A stretch of DNA of 64,000 bases, taken from assembly GCA_037137535.1 (NCBI GenBank), contig JBAXKC010000003.1:32001-96000 (forward strand). Reading direction: 5' to 3'. The translations under genes and the position numbers were made by a program. Below, one piece after another: positions 51,432-62,611 of this stretch; positions within the stretch are counted from its first letter, which is position 1; every line of letters begins with the position of its first letter. This DNA comes from a bacterium (GTDB taxonomy: Bacteria > Cyanobacteriota > Vampirovibrionia > Gastranaerophilales > JBAXKC01). Below the pieces are notes generated by a model. It was not told where the DNA came from. It was given only the letters and a program-made list of their open reading frames with translations, and made no database searches.

Positions 51432-52975
51432 TTTGCGATTTCTGTAGCTCTAATTTCTCTTACAACTGTAACCCTAATTTGTCCAGGATAATCAACTTCA
51501 TTTTCAATGCGTTTTGCAACGTCTCTTGCGAGCTTGCTTGCTCCGATATCATCGAAAATATTAGGCTGAACCATTATTCTAAACTCACGACCTGCTTGAA
51601 CAGCGAATGAACGCTTAATTCCAGGGAAACTTTGAGCAATGTCTTCAAGTTTTTGAATACGTTTGATATAAATTTCAAGAGTATCTCTTCTTGCGCCTGG
51701 TCTGCCTGCACTCATTGTGTCAGCAATTTTTACAAGAACTGCTTCTACTGAATTAGCTATAACATCACCATGGTGGGCTTCTATTGCATTTACTACTTCT
51801 TCAGTTTCCCCATAACGTCTTGCAAGTTCTACACCAAGCTCAATATGAGTTCCTTCTTGTGTCTTATCAACCGCTTTTCCTAAATCATGAAGAATACCAG
51901 CTCTTTTAGCTATCATAACATTTGCACCAAGCTCTGCCGCAAGCATTCCAGCTAAATGACCAACTTCTTTTGAGTGAGCATAAACATTTTGACCATAACT
52001 TGTTCTGTAAAATAATCTTCCGATATGTTTCAGAAGCTCAGGATGTATATTTACGATGCCAAGCTCCATCGCGGCAGCTTCACCGTCTTTAAACATTCTT
52101 TCTTCTATTTCTTCTCGGGACTTTTCAACCATTTCTTCAATTCTTACTGGGTGAATACGTCCATCGCTTATAAGTTTTTCTAAAGCCACACGAGCAACTT
52201 CTCTTCTTACAGGATCGAAGCAGGAAAGAACAACCGCCTCAGGAGTATCATCAATAATAAGATCAACGCCTGTAAAGGTTTCAAGGGCTCTTATGTTTCT
52301 GCCTTCTCTACCGATAATACGGCCTTTCATTTCGTCATTAGGAAGATTTACAACTGATACTGTAGATTCAACTACCTGATCAATTGCACATCTTTGCATG
52401 ACGTTAGAGATGATTTCTCTTGCGTTAGTGCTGGCTGTTTCTTTTATGCGAAGTTCGTTTTCACGAATAAGTTGAGCTGATTCAAGTTTAAGATCATTTT
52501 CAAGCTGTTTTAATAATATATTTTTAGCTTCTTCGCTTGTTATTCCTGAAATTCTTTCAAGCTCTGAAGTTTGTTTTTGAACTAATTCAGCAAGATAATC
52601 TTCTTTTTCATAGAGTTCATCTATTTTCTTTTTTAGATCTGATTCTTTTTCAGTAACAGTAAGCATTTTCTTTTCATAGGATTCTTCTTTTTGAAGAAGT
52701 CTGTGCTCAAGTCTTGCAAGCTCTCCACGTCTTTCTCTTGTTTCGCTTTCAAATTCCTGCCTTTGGTTATGCAGAGCTTCTTTAGCTGATATAAGCGCTT
52801 CTTTCTTTTGAAGTTTTATTTGTTCTTCTGCTTCTGCTATTTTATTTTTTGCAGCAAGGTCAATATCTTTTATTTGACCTTCTTTGGTTTTTAACTGCAT
52901 ATATAGATACGCCGCATATACGGCAATAATTGCAATTATTATTATAAAGCCCGTTATTAATAATATATTTTCTAT
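51428..52975 (-). CDS. rny: Ribonuclease Y (TM anchor encoded upstream of the first ATG at 52900; probable AUA start)
   Basis: [15 protein letters not shown] domain, HD motif (LHDLGK); in-frame hydrophobic extension from 52975 with SD AAGAGGT. Confidence 0.9.
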   Translation of the reverse strand: MENILLITGFIIIIAIIAVYAAYLYMQLKTKEGQIKDIDLAAKNKIAEAEEQIKLQKKEALISAKEALHNQRQEFESETRERRGELARLEHRLLQKEESYEKKMLTVTEKESDLKKKIDELYEKEDYLAELVQKQTSELERISGITSEEAKNILLKQLENDLKLESAQLIRENELRIKETASTNAREIISNVMQRCAIDQVVESTVSVVNLPNDEMKGRIIGREGRNIRALETFTGVDLIIDDTPEAVVLSCFDPVRREVARVALEKLISDGRIHPVRIEEMVEKSREEIEERMFKDGEAAAMELGIVNIHPELLKHIGRLFYRTSYGQNVYAHSKEVGHLAGMLAAELGANVMIAKRAGILHDLGKAVDKTQEGTHIELGVELARRYGETEEVVNAIEAHHGDVIANSVEAVLVKIADTMSAGRPGARRDTLEIYIKRIQKLEDIAQSFPGIKRSFAVQAGREFRIMVQPNIFDDIGASKLARDVAKRIENEVDYPGQIRVTVVREIRATEIAK

Positions 52976-53129
52976 TGTCCCGTACCTCTTAACTGTCGAT
53001 AACTCTTTATTTGTAGAACATTAAGCATTGTCCTGCTCTTTAATATTACCATATAAAGTAATTTAAAAAACATCAATTTGTGGTATATAAGCGAAAAAAA
53101 ACAAAAATGGGAATAGCTTGTTTAGAAAG

Positions 53130-54200
53130 CTATTCCGGACTTTCTTCATGTTCTGTCGCAAAAGTTAAACTGCTCATACTTTCACGAACTTTAATTTCAA
53201 CTTCGGCAAGTAGTTCAGGATTTTCCTCGAGGAATTGGGATGCTTTTTCTCTACCTTGACCAATTTTATTATCATTGTAGCTAAACCATGAACCTGATTT
53301 TTTCACAATGTCCATATCAGCCGCAATATCAAGAATACAACCTGTTTTAGAAATGCCTTCTCCGTATACTATGTCGAATTCAGCAATTCTAAACGGTGGA
53401 GCTACTTTATTTTTAACTACTTTTACTTTTGTTCTGTTGCCATATTCAACACCGTCTCTTTTTAATGTTTCTTTTCTTCTTATGTCAAGTCTTACACTTG
53501 CATAATATTTAAGAGCATTACCACCTGTTGTTGTTTCGTTAGAACCGTACATAACACCGATTTTAGATCTCAACTGGTTGATAAATATAACGGTAGTTCT
53601 TGTTTTATTTACAATCCCCGTAAGTTTTCTTAAAGCTTGACTCATTAGTCTGGCTTGAAGTCCCATGTGGCTATCGCCCATATCGCCTTCTATTTCGGCT
53701 TTTGGTACAAGAGCGGCAACTGAATCCACTACAATAACGTCAATTGCTCCGGAACGAACAAGTTCTTCCGTTATTTCAAGAGCCTGTTCACCTGTGTCGG
53801 GTTGACTTATAAGAAGTTCGTCAACTTTAACACCAAGTTTTCTTGCATAATCAGGATCTAAGGCATGTTCAGCATCAATAAATGCAGCTAATCCGCCTGC
53901 TTTTTGCGCTTCAGCAACTATATGCTGTGCTAAAGTAGTTTTACCACTACTTTCAGGTCCATATAATTCTATAATTCTGCCTCTTGGCACTCCGCCTATT
54001 CCTAATGCCAAGTCAAGTGATAAAGCACCTGTTGGGATAACTTCAACCGAGGTTGCAGTTCTATCGCCAAGTCTCATTATTGATCCTTTACCAAAATCTT
54101 TTTCGATTTTAGCAAGGGCAAGTTCTAATGCTTTACTTCGCTCTGTATGTTCAGATTTATCAGCTTTTTTATCAGCTTTGATTTTTTCTTCAACAGCCAT
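53130..54200 (-). CDS. recA: Recombinase A
   Basis: [33 protein letters not shown]; start at 54200 behind GAGGAG. Confidence 0.98.
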   Translation of the reverse strand: MAVEEKIKADKKADKSEHTERSKALELALAKIEKDFGKGSIMRLGDRTATSVEVIPTGALSLDLALGIGGVPRGRIIELYGPESSGKTTLAQHIVAEAQKAGGLAAFIDAEHALDPDYARKLGVKVDELLISQPDTGEQALEITEELVRSGAIDVIVVDSVAALVPKAEIEGDMGDSHMGLQARLMSQALRKLTGIVNKTRTTVIFINQLRSKIGVMYGSNETTTGGNALKYYASVRLDIRRKETLKRDGVEYGNRTKVKVVKNKVAPPFRIAEFDIVYGEGISKTGCILDIAADMDIVKKSGSWFSYNDNKIGQGREKASQFLEENPELLAEVEIKVRESMSSLTFATEHEESPE

Positions 54201-54441
54201 TATATTTCTCCTCACAAATGTGTTTTATGTAAATTTATAAGAAATAACAAAGATTAATAAAATTATACTACAATTACTTATCGCAAGTATAAAAGGTTTT
54301 ATAAATTTTTAATAATAAAGTAAACCAAATAAAATAATTCCCAAATCTGTAAAAATTGTTTAAAATAAGATAGATGAGTTGATGTTTGCTAAAATTGAAA
54401 AAGTATTTAATTATGGTGTAGCTATTAAATTGGAGTGAAGA

Positions 54442-55587
54442 ATGACTGAAGATAGCCTAATAAATGGTGGTTCAGGTGTTAATGTTATAGAAGAAGCCTT
54501 TTCGGAAAATCATTTTAGTATAGAAAATTTTTTAAAACTTTCTATAAGTCAAGGTTTTTCAGATATTCACTTAAGGGTCGGTTCACCTCCTATGGCTCGT
54601 AAAGATGGATTAATGCTTAAATCTAAGTTTAAATCTTTAACAAATGATGACATGCGAGATATTGTAAGAACACTTGTCCCTAAAAGTGACCATGAGAAAG
54701 CTCTTAACTCTAGTGATTTTGATTTTTCTTTTGAATTTGAAAAGCTCTCTAGATTTAGAGCAAATTTATTCAAAGACATGGGAAATATTGGCTTTGTTTT
54801 AAGGCTTATCCCTATAAATATCCCATCAATTGACAGTTTGTATCTTCCTCCTGTTTTAAAAGAATTTACCACATTGCACAATGGTCTGATTTTGGTTACA
54901 GGTCCTACGGGAAGCGGAAAGTCTACAACCTTGGCTTCGATGCTTGATTATATAAATCAAAATACTCAGAAACATATTGTAACTCTTGAAGATCCTGTTG
55001 AATTTGTTCATTCAAACAAAAAGTGCGTATTTACTCAAAGACAGCTTGGCATTGATACCGATACTTTTTCAAATGGATTAAAGTATGCTTTACGTCAAGA
55101 TCCCGACGTTATTTTGGTAGGTGAGATGCGTGACAGGGAAACTATCAACGCTGCATTAAAAGCCGCTGAAACTGGTCATCTTGTGTTTTCAACACTTCAC
55201 ACGACCGATGCGGTTCAAACAATAAACAGGATTATTAATGCTTTTGAGCCTCATGAAAGAGAACCGATTAGATTGCAGATTGCGGCTACTTTGCGTGGAA
55301 CAGTTGCTCAAAAACTTGTTAAAAAAGCCGATAAAAAAGGACGAGTCCCTGCTTTAGAAGTACTTGTGTCAACTCCTGCCGTTAAAGATTATATTACTAA
55401 AAATTGTGTTGACAGTATTTATGATCTGGTAAAATCAGGTGGCTTTAGTGGTATGATAAGTATGAATATGTCCTTGTTTAATCTTGTTAAAGCGGAGTTA
55501 ATCACTCTTGAAGAAGCGCTTGAAGCTTCAAATACTCCAAATGAGATGCAACAGTTACTAAATGGTGTATATCACGGTTCATTTTAA
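54442..55587 (+). CDS. pilT: PilT/PilU-family retraction ATPase
   Basis: SDIHL, GPTGSGKSTT, EDPVE, LRQDPD, ETGHLVFSTLHT. Confidence 0.85.
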   Translation: MTEDSLINGGSGVNVIEEAFSENHFSIENFLKLSISQGFSDIHLRVGSPPMARKDGLMLKSKFKSLTNDDMRDIVRTLVPKSDHEKALNSSDFDFSFEFEKLSRFRANLFKDMGNIGFVLRLIPINIPSIDSLYLPPVLKEFTTLHNGLILVTGPTGSGKSTTLASMLDYINQNTQKHIVTLEDPVEFVHSNKKCVFTQRQLGIDTDTFSNGLKYALRQDPDVILVGEMRDRETINAALKAAETGHLVFSTLHTTDAVQTINRIINAFEPHEREPIRLQIAATLRGTVAQKLVKKADKKGRVPALEVLVSTPAVKDYITKNCVDSIYDLVKSGGFSGMISMNMSLFNLVKAELITLEEALEASNTPNEMQQLLNGVYHGSF

Positions 55588-55591
55588 ATAA

Positions 55592-56071
55592 ATGTCAGAA
55601 ATATTAAGTATAACTTCAATTATAAACTTGATAAAAGTGACTATCGGGCTTAAAAGGCCTGAGTATAAAGTTGTGCCTCAAAAAAAAGTCATAAAACCTG
55701 TTGAACCTCTCCTTTCTATTGAGGATTCAAGGAAACTTGTAGCGGGTTTGATTTTTGAAGCATTGACAAGAAAAACTTGTGTTAGAGAAGCAATTAAGCG
55801 TTTTCCGCCCGATCAATTCGATGCTTCAATTCAAGCTGCGTGGCATGCACTTGTTCATTTTGAGGCGGATGAGGATATGAGGCTTAGAGATCCTGCGTAT
55901 GCGAGAGAACAGGACGATTACCTTGAAATGTTAGCATTTACCTTGCAAAATGGCACAGCTTTGCCCTTAAATATTATAGATTGTTATAAGCCATATCATG
56001 GTGCGGCTTTAATACCACGTTCTACAAAGATAAAATCTATTTTAAAAAGTTTAATCAGATTTATTATTTAA
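55592..56071 (+). CDS. Hypothetical protein
   Basis: ORF starting 4 nt after the pilT stop; no recognised family. Confidence 0.7.
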   Translation: MSEILSITSIINLIKVTIGLKRPEYKVVPQKKVIKPVEPLLSIEDSRKLVAGLIFEALTRKTCVREAIKRFPPDQFDASIQAAWHALVHFEADEDMRLRDPAYAREQDDYLEMLAFTLQNGTALPLNIIDCYKPYHGAALIPRSTKIKSILKSLIRFII

Positions 56072-56221
56072 CTTTAGTCGCCAAATAATCAAAAGCCTTA
56101 TTATTAAGTTTTGAATATATAGAAATGCAAAAGAGGCTTAGCCTCTTTGCCGCTGATAGGCGACTGTGAGAGGGTTTTTGATAATTTGAATTAGCGATTT
56201 GAATTATTTAGAAAATACGTT

Positions 56222-57070
56222 TTATTCTTTAATTCCGCCCGCCATGATGCCTTTAATAAAGAATTTTTGCCCTGCTAAAAAGAGTCCTATTGCGGGTATT
56301 GTCGATATAACAGCGCATGACATAAGTTGTCCCCATTCGGTTGTTTCTCTGAAACTACCTTTAAATACTGCAAGACCAACGGGTAATGTTCTCATATTCT
56401 CGGAATTGGTTACTATTAATGGCCACATAAAGCTATTCCAGCTTGAAATGAAAGTAAATAGTGCAAGTGTGATTATTGCAGGCATTGCTAGAGGAATTGC
56501 AATTTTGAAGAAAATATCGAAATAATTGCATCCGTCAAGCTTTGCAGCATCTTCAAGGTCTTTTGGCATTCCTTTAAACCATTGGCGAAGTAAAAATACT
56601 CCAAAACCTCCGAAAAACCCTGGGATAATTAAGGCAAAATAACTATCAATCCACCCAAACTGCTTCATCAGGAAAAACAGCGGAACAATGTTTACTTGTG
56701 GCGGAATCATAATAGTAGCAAGGAAAATAAAGAACAGAGGTTCTCTGAAACGAAAATTTAATCGTGCAAAAGCATAAGCGGCCATCGCAGAAAATAAAAC
56801 TTGCCCTAAACAAGTGAATATTGCGACAATTAAACTATTAAAGAAATAAATTGCAATAGGTATATTTTTAAAAATATTTATATAATTTGTGAACACAAAA
56901 GGATTGGGAATTATTGATGGAGGAAGCGAGAAAATTTGATTTTGTCCCATCAAAGAAAGTAATACCATCCATATAAACGGAAAAACCGCTAAAAAAGAGG
57001 CAATTATCAGAAAAAAATATGCTATAAAAATTTTTATTCGTTTAATACCCATTTTTTCCTTGTTTTCCAT
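56222..57070 (-). CDS. Carbohydrate ABC transporter permease (MalG/UgpE type)
   Basis: AAYAFAR, EAA-like EDAAKLDG loop, FISSWN. Confidence 0.9.
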   Translation of the reverse strand: MENKEKMGIKRIKIFIAYFFLIIASFLAVFPFIWMVLLSLMGQNQIFSLPPSIIPNPFVFTNYINIFKNIPIAIYFFNSLIVAIFTCLGQVLFSAMAAYAFARLNFRFREPLFFIFLATIMIPPQVNIVPLFFLMKQFGWIDSYFALIIPGFFGGFGVFLLRQWFKGMPKDLEDAAKLDGCNYFDIFFKIAIPLAMPAIITLALFTFISSWNSFMWPLIVTNSENMRTLPVGLAVFKGSFRETTEWGQLMSCAVISTIPAIGLFLAGQKFFIKGIMAGGIKE

Positions 57071-57921
57071 TGAATTAAAGTAAGTCCTAAGATTATTAAA
57101 AATAAAATATAAGCTATTGCCGAGGCTTTACCTAGTTTGAACAGTTCAAAGGCATTTTTATACATCCAGTAAACCATTACCATTGTTGAGTTTTCAGGGC
57201 CTCCTCCTGTCATAAGATAAACCATATCAAATATTTGAAACGAGCTTACCGTTGTCATTATTAAAACAAAAAAGACAGTCGGCGATAAAAGAGGAAGAGT
57301 TATCAGGAAAAATCTGTTTATGGAATTTGCCCCGTCAATTTCTGCGGCTTCAGAATAGGTTTCGGGGATATTCTGAAGTGCTGCAAGAAAAATAATCAGA
57401 TTATATCCGATATTTTTCCATATACTGGCTATTATTAATGCCCATAGTGCTATATTTTTGTCATAGAGCCAGTTTATTCCATGATTTGCTCCTAATAGCC
57501 AATTTATAATACTGTAATTGGGGTCATAAATCCATTCCCATACAATCGCACAAACTATCATAGGTGTTACGTATGGTATGAATATAGATAATTTATAAAA
57601 ATTACTGAATTTGATTTTTTGATTCAGTAATAAGGCTAAAAATAAAGGTAAAATTACTCCAAAAAATGCAGTAAAAAACGAATAAAAAAATGTATTCCAT
57701 AATACTTTATAGAAAAGTGGTTCGTTTAAAATTTCAATGTAATTATTGAAGCCTACAAATTTTATGGGGCTTATAAGGTCCCAATGACAAAAGCTAATAA
57801 AAAAGGAGGTAATAACAGGTAAAACAATAAATAATAAAATACCCAAAAAAGCGGGAGCTATGAATAAAAACGCCCATGTATTTTCTTTATTGAATAATTT
57901 TTTAAAAATATCTGATTTCAT
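57034..57921 (-). CDS. Carbohydrate ABC transporter permease (MalF/UgpA type)
   Basis: GFNNY, WKNIGY, EAAEIDGA, MTGGGP. Confidence 0.9.
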   Translation of the reverse strand: MKSDIFKKLFNKENTWAFLFIAPAFLGILLFIVLPVITSFFISFCHWDLISPIKFVGFNNYIEILNEPLFYKVLWNTFFYSFFTAFFGVILPLFLALLLNQKIKFSNFYKLSIFIPYVTPMIVCAIVWEWIYDPNYSIINWLLGANHGINWLYDKNIALWALIIASIWKNIGYNLIIFLAALQNIPETYSEAAEIDGANSINRFFLITLPLLSPTVFFVLIMTTVSSFQIFDMVYLMTGGGPENSTMVMVYWMYKNAFELFKLGKASAIAYILFLIILGLTLIQWKTRKKWVLNE

Positions 57922-58085
57922 TTTATATTTATTTTTTGATTATTACTCTTTATTCTTAGCCAACATCAATAATAAAGAAAGTTTTTCTTGAAAATAGCTT
58001 AATAAATCCTTAAAATTTTTTAACCGTTTTGTTTATGTTATCCTCAATAGTAAACGATAATTGGAAAAATACGAAAGGAAAAGCA

Positions 58086-59531
58086 ATGACACTGGTACTA
58101 ACTGCTTTTAATAAAAATGATATCAGAGGCATCGTAAACGAAAATTTAAATGAAGAAATATATGCTTTAGCAACAAAGGCTTATGTTAAGTTTGCTACAG
58201 CTAAGCTTGAGAAAAAACCTCAAGAGCTTGTTATTGGTGTTGCAATGGATGCAAGAAATCATTCCCCGGGCTTTACTAAAGTTGTTATTGATACTTTGGT
58301 AGATGCAGGGGTGAATGTTCTTGATTTTGGACTTTGTCCTACTCCTCTCGGTTATTTTTCTGAATTTTCAGGGGCACATACGCATGGAGCTATGATAATA
58401 ACTGCAAGTCACAATCCGTCTGAGTATAACGGAATGAAAATGACTCTTGCTCAAAAATCTCTTACAGAAGAAGAAATTTTTATGTTGAGAGATATGCTTG
58501 TTACCGAAAAATTTGAAAGTGCCGAGATAAAAGGTACTGTTAAAAAATATGATATTGCAGGCGAATATATTGAAAAAACAAGCCGTATGTTTCAACATGC
58601 AGGCCAAGGCTTAAAAGTCGTTGTAGACAGCGGAAACGCTACGGCAGGAATTGCAGCTCCTGAATTATACAGAAAAATGAGTTGTGATGTAATCGACATT
58701 TTCACCGAGCCTGATGGTAATTTCCCAAATCATCATCCTGATCCGTCAAAAGAAAAAAATCTTCAACATCTTAAAGAAAAGATTAAAGAAACAGGTGCTG
58801 ATTTTGGTATAGCTTTTGATGGTGATTCAGACAGAATAGGCGTTGTAGACAATACAGGCTATGCAATACCTGGCGATCAGCTTTTATTGATTCTTGCTCT
58901 TGATATCTTGAAATCAAGAAAAATTTCAGAAGCAAAACCTGTTATTATCTCCGAAGTCAAATGCTCTCAAACCTTGTTTGATACTATTGATAAAAATGGC
59001 GGCAGATCAATTATGTGGAAAACAGGTCACGCTTACATTAAAAATAAAATGAGAGAAGAAAACGCTGTTTTAGCTGGTGAAATGAGCGGACATATTTTCT
59101 TTAAAGACAGATATTATGGATTTGATGATGCCATTTATGCTGGGTGTAGAATGATTGAAATTATGGCAAAGCATAAAGCTCATAATCCGAATTATAAACT
59201 TTCAGACTTAATTGAAAGTTTGCCAAAAGCCTTTACTTCTCCTGAAGTTAGGTTTGCTTGCCCAAATGAATACAAATTTATATTAATTGACAAAATTAAT
59301 GAAAAAATTGAGCAGAATTCAAATATTTTTGGCTCAAAAATAGAAAAAATAATTACTCTTGATGGACTTAGAATAGTATTTACTGACGGGTTTGGATTAA
59401 TAAGAGCAAGTAATACAGAACCTACGCTTACTTTAAGATTTGAAGGTTCTACCTCTGAAAGTTGTAATAATTATAAAGATTCAATCATTTCTATTATCGA
59501 GTCTACGCTTGAAGAATTAAAAAATGTCTAA
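58086..59531 (+). CDS. Phosphomannomutase/phosphoglucomutase
   Basis: ITASHNP, FDGDSDR, GEMSGH, RASNTEP; start placed at 58086. Confidence 0.92.
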   Translation: MTLVLTAFNKNDIRGIVNENLNEEIYALATKAYVKFATAKLEKKPQELVIGVAMDARNHSPGFTKVVIDTLVDAGVNVLDFGLCPTPLGYFSEFSGAHTHGAMIITASHNPSEYNGMKMTLAQKSLTEEEIFMLRDMLVTEKFESAEIKGTVKKYDIAGEYIEKTSRMFQHAGQGLKVVVDSGNATAGIAAPELYRKMSCDVIDIFTEPDGNFPNHHPDPSKEKNLQHLKEKIKETGADFGIAFDGDSDRIGVVDNTGYAIPGDQLLLILALDILKSRKISEAKPVIISEVKCSQTLFDTIDKNGGRSIMWKTGHAYIKNKMREENAVLAGEMSGHIFFKDRYYGFDDAIYAGCRMIEIMAKHKAHNPNYKLSDLIESLPKAFTSPEVRFACPNEYKFILIDKINEKIEQNSNIFGSKIEKIITLDGLRIVFTDGFGLIRASNTEPTLTLRFEGSTSESCNNYKDSIISIIESTLEELKNV

Positions 59532-60567
59532 ATATCCGTTAAAGCCAAAAGATGTTGATTTTGAGGAATTGCGATCTTTAACATTATTTATTAAGCCTCT
59601 TATTGGTTTAATAATTTTGTTAAGTTTGGGAACCTTTGGTTATATGATTATAGAAGGCTGGAATTGGCTAGATTCCCTTTTTATGAGCGTTATTACCTTT
59701 ACAACGGTTGGTTATGGAACAGTTCATCCTTTATCTCATGCAGGGCAAATTTTCACAATGCTTTATATTTTATTTGGCGTTGTGTTGTTTCTTTATTTTG
59801 CTGCGGAGTTTGCAGAATATATTATTACGGTTAATTTTGGAAAGATTTTAGGCAAAAGAAAAATGCGAAAAAAATTGTCAAAACTGAAAGAACACTATCT
59901 TGTATGCGGCTATGGAAGAACAGGTGCAGAAATAACTTCACAATTGAAAAATAGCGGTTTGGATTTTGTTGTGATTGAAAAAAATAACGATTTTGAGGAA
60001 ATAGCTCAAAAAGAAGGTTTTTTATACGTCCTTGGTGATGCAACAGATGATGATACGTTAAAAAGTGCTGGAATTCTTGAGGCAAAGGGGATATTTTGTG
60101 CATTAAGCGATGACGTTGATAACCTGTATTTAACTTTATCTGCAAAGAATATTAATCCTAGGCTTACCATTGTTGCAAGATGTATTAAAGCATCAAACGA
60201 ACCTAAATTTAAAAAAGCGGGTGCAAAAAGTATTATTTTACCTTATGAAATTTGCGGAAGAAGAATGGTAGCCTCAGTAGTTAAGCCTTTTGTCGTTGAT
60301 TTTCTTGATGTAGTTATGCATACTAAGGGGCGAGAATTAGAATTAACGCTTGAGCAATTTATGCTTAAAGAAAATTCTGTCTTAATCGGTAAATCAATCA
60401 TTTCTTCAGGAATGAGGCAACAAACAGGTGTAATTATTATCGCTATAAAAAGAGAAGATGAATATATTACAAATCCTACACCAACGACCGTTTTACAAGA
60501 GAAAGATGTATTGATTGCTCTTGGAGCGACATCGGAACTTTCAGCGTTTGAAGAACTTTATTTGTAG
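59524..60567 (+). CDS. Potassium channel with TrkA-N/TrkA-C (RCK) domains
   Basis: TTVGYG selectivity filter, CGYGRTG, GDAT. Confidence 0.92.
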   Translation: MSKYPLKPKDVDFEELRSLTLFIKPLIGLIILLSLGTFGYMIIEGWNWLDSLFMSVITFTTVGYGTVHPLSHAGQIFTMLYILFGVVLFLYFAAEFAEYIITVNFGKILGKRKMRKKLSKLKEHYLVCGYGRTGAEITSQLKNSGLDFVVIEKNNDFEEIAQKEGFLYVLGDATDDDTLKSAGILEAKGIFCALSDDVDNLYLTLSAKNINPRLTIVARCIKASNEPKFKKAGAKSIILPYEICGRRMVASVVKPFVVDFLDVVMHTKGRELELTLEQFMLKENSVLIGKSIISSGMRQQTGVIIIAIKREDEYITNPTPTTVLQEKDVLIALGATSELSAFEELYL

Positions 60568-60587
60568 AGTCTGTGAGGGAATAATTT

Positions 60588-61613
60588 ATGAAAAATCATA
60601 AAATCGTGATCGTTATAATTGCTCTTTGTTTATTTAGTATAGTTGCAGGGCTTTACGGTAAAAATATCAACACTCAAAAGGCGAAAGCTACTCAGGATGA
60701 AAGTACAATGAGTTTATTTTCTGATGGCGATAAAATTGCATTAATTAATATTGACGGACCTATTCAATTTGAGAGTTCAGATAGTCTTTTCGGGCCTAAA
60801 ACGTCAGCAGAAAATGCGAGAGTTTCTCTTAAAAAAATATTAAAAGATGATTCAGTTAAAGGTGTTTTACTTAGAATAAACAGCCCAGGCGGAACAGTCG
60901 GAATGTCGCAGGAAGTTTATTCTGATGTTTTAAAAGTAAGAGCAGTTAAGCCTGTTGTTGTTTCAATGGTTGATATGGCTGCAAGCGGAGGTTATTATAT
61001 TTCTGCTGCTGCTGATAGGATTTATGCTTATCCGGGGACACTTACAGGTAGTATAGGCGTTATTTTAAACACTTATGATGCAGGTGAGCTGCTAACTAAA
61101 AAACTCGGAGTAAAGCCTGAAATAATAAAAAGCGGTAAATTTAAAGATATTGCTTCTCCTTATCGTTCAATGACTAAAGAAGAAAGACAATTATTGCAAA
61201 ATATGACCGATTCAACTCATGAACAGTTTATTAACGCAGTAATTGTGGCGAGAAGTAATCGCAACGATAAGTATAAGGTTAAAAAACAGATATTAGACGC
61301 TAAAATCTTGAGAGAACATGCAGATGGTCGAATTTTTAACGGTGAACAAGCACTTCAAATAGGACTTGTTGATAGTATAGGAACATTAGCTGATGCACAT
61401 GATGCAGTAAGTGATATGGCTAAAGAAAAATTTGGCATAAAGTCTAAAAATTCCATTCCTCTTGTCAATTATAATGCACCAACAGGTTTCAATGAGATAT
61501 TCTGCGGAGCAAAAAGTCAATTGGGTAAATTTGGTATAACAGGCGATATAAGTGAAAAACTTATGCCATTCAGTGCAAAACATCCTAATCAGCCTCTTAT
61601 AATATGGGAGTAA
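60588..61613 (+). CDS. sppA: Signal peptide peptidase SppA (36K type)
   Basis: INSPGG, AASGGYY, TGSIGV, KSGKFKD. Confidence 0.92.
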   Translation: MKNHKIVIVIIALCLFSIVAGLYGKNINTQKAKATQDESTMSLFSDGDKIALINIDGPIQFESSDSLFGPKTSAENARVSLKKILKDDSVKGVLLRINSPGGTVGMSQEVYSDVLKVRAVKPVVVSMVDMAASGGYYISAAADRIYAYPGTLTGSIGVILNTYDAGELLTKKLGVKPEIIKSGKFKDIASPYRSMTKEERQLLQNMTDSTHEQFINAVIVARSNRNDKYKVKKQILDAKILREHADGRIFNGEQALQIGLVDSIGTLADAHDAVSDMAKEKFGIKSKNSIPLVNYNAPTGFNEIFCGAKSQLGKFGITGDISEKLMPFSAKHPNQPLIIWE

Positions 61614-62188
61614 TGATAATGGAAAATTTTTTAGAAAATATTTACGGTTCGATAGTTGAGCCAATCAAAACCTTTGATAGGTTGAAAGAAGAAAAACCTT
61701 ATCTGCAAGCTCTTATTATCGTTATTGTTATAAGTTTATTATCTCCTGTTTTTAATAATATGCTTGCGGTTGATAAGCAATCGTTCGGCGAATTATTAGG
61801 ATTTTCTATTTTATCGGTTATTGCAGGATTGTTTAATTGGCTGGCTTTTGCAGGATTTATGGAATTATTTTCATTTATCTTTAATCAAAATGGTAAATTT
61901 AAAGAAATGTTAACTTTATCGGGGTTTGCTTTAATTCCATGGATACTGTTGGCTCCTGTTTTTCTTTTAAAGCAAGCGGGGACTTTCTTTGAAGGTATAG
62001 GTATTTTACTTGCTCTTTGCGTTTTTATTTGGGCGATATTTTTATTCTTTTTATCCGTAGCAAAAAGTTACGGCTTAACTGCGTTAAGATGCATAGTTTT
62101 TGCTTTAATTCCTTTGATAGCATCAATTATTCAACTTCATTGGTTTATTTATTTTATACAAAATTTTATTCAAGTTATAAAAGTATAA
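61604..62188 (+). CDS. Yip1-like multi-pass membrane protein
   Basis: P.KTF..LK N-terminal motif and about 5 TM segments; start uncertain (61613 or 61619 possible). Confidence 0.6.
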   Translation: MGVMIMENFLENIYGSIVEPIKTFDRLKEEKPYLQALIIVIVISLLSPVFNNMLAVDKQSFGELLGFSILSVIAGLFNWLAFAGFMELFSFIFNQNGKFKEMLTLSGFALIPWILLAPVFLLKQAGTFFEGIGILLALCVFIWAIFLFFLSVAKSYGLTALRCIVFALIPLIASIIQLHWFIYFIQNFIQVIKV

Positions 62189-62207
62189 CTAAATTTAAAT
62201 CTTTAAA

Positions 62208-62239
62208 ATACTTAGCTAATGAATAATTAGCTAAGTATT
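62208..62239. terminator. Terminator between convergent genes
   Basis: ATACTTAGCTAAT/ATTAGCTAAGTAT inverted repeat. Confidence 0.7.
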
Positions 62240-62260
62240 GTGTTATTTATTGAAATTTTA

Positions 62261-62611
62261 TTAAACCGGAACAGCCATTGCTTCAGCCATTTTAGAAGAA
62301 GCGTTCATGAATTCGTTTATGTCACTGTTAAAATACTGCTTAATCAGCATTTTAATTGCGTTTTCTCCTGCATCTATTCTTGATACTTTTGATCTGTAAA
62401 AATACTTTTTGCCTAGTTTAATTCTAACAACTTCTTCCTTTTCTACAAGTCTGTCTAAGACTGTTTTTATTGTGGTGTAAGCCCACTTTTGAGACTCAGA
62501 ATTTATCGTGTTTTGAACGTCTGATACATCAATGTGAAGTTTATCATTTTCTTCCATGTTCCATAATGCATTAAGCACAATATTCTCTAGATGTCCCTGT
62601 TTAAGGTTCAT
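62261..62611 (-). CDS. BlaI/MecI/CopY-family repressor
   Basis: LENIVLNALW, WAYTTIKTVLDRLVEK. Confidence 0.88.
   Translation of the reverse strand: MNLKQGHLENIVLNALWNMEENDKLHIDVSDVQNTINSESQKWAYTTIKTVLDRLVEKEEVVRIKLGKKYFYRSKVSRIDAGENAIKMLIKQYFNSDINEFMNASSKMAEAMAVPV

Noticed and set aside
54201-54300. LexA/SOS box upstream of recA (CACAAATGTG)
   Set aside because: Matches neither GAAC-N4-GTTC nor the cyanobacterial GTAC-N4-GTWC core adequately
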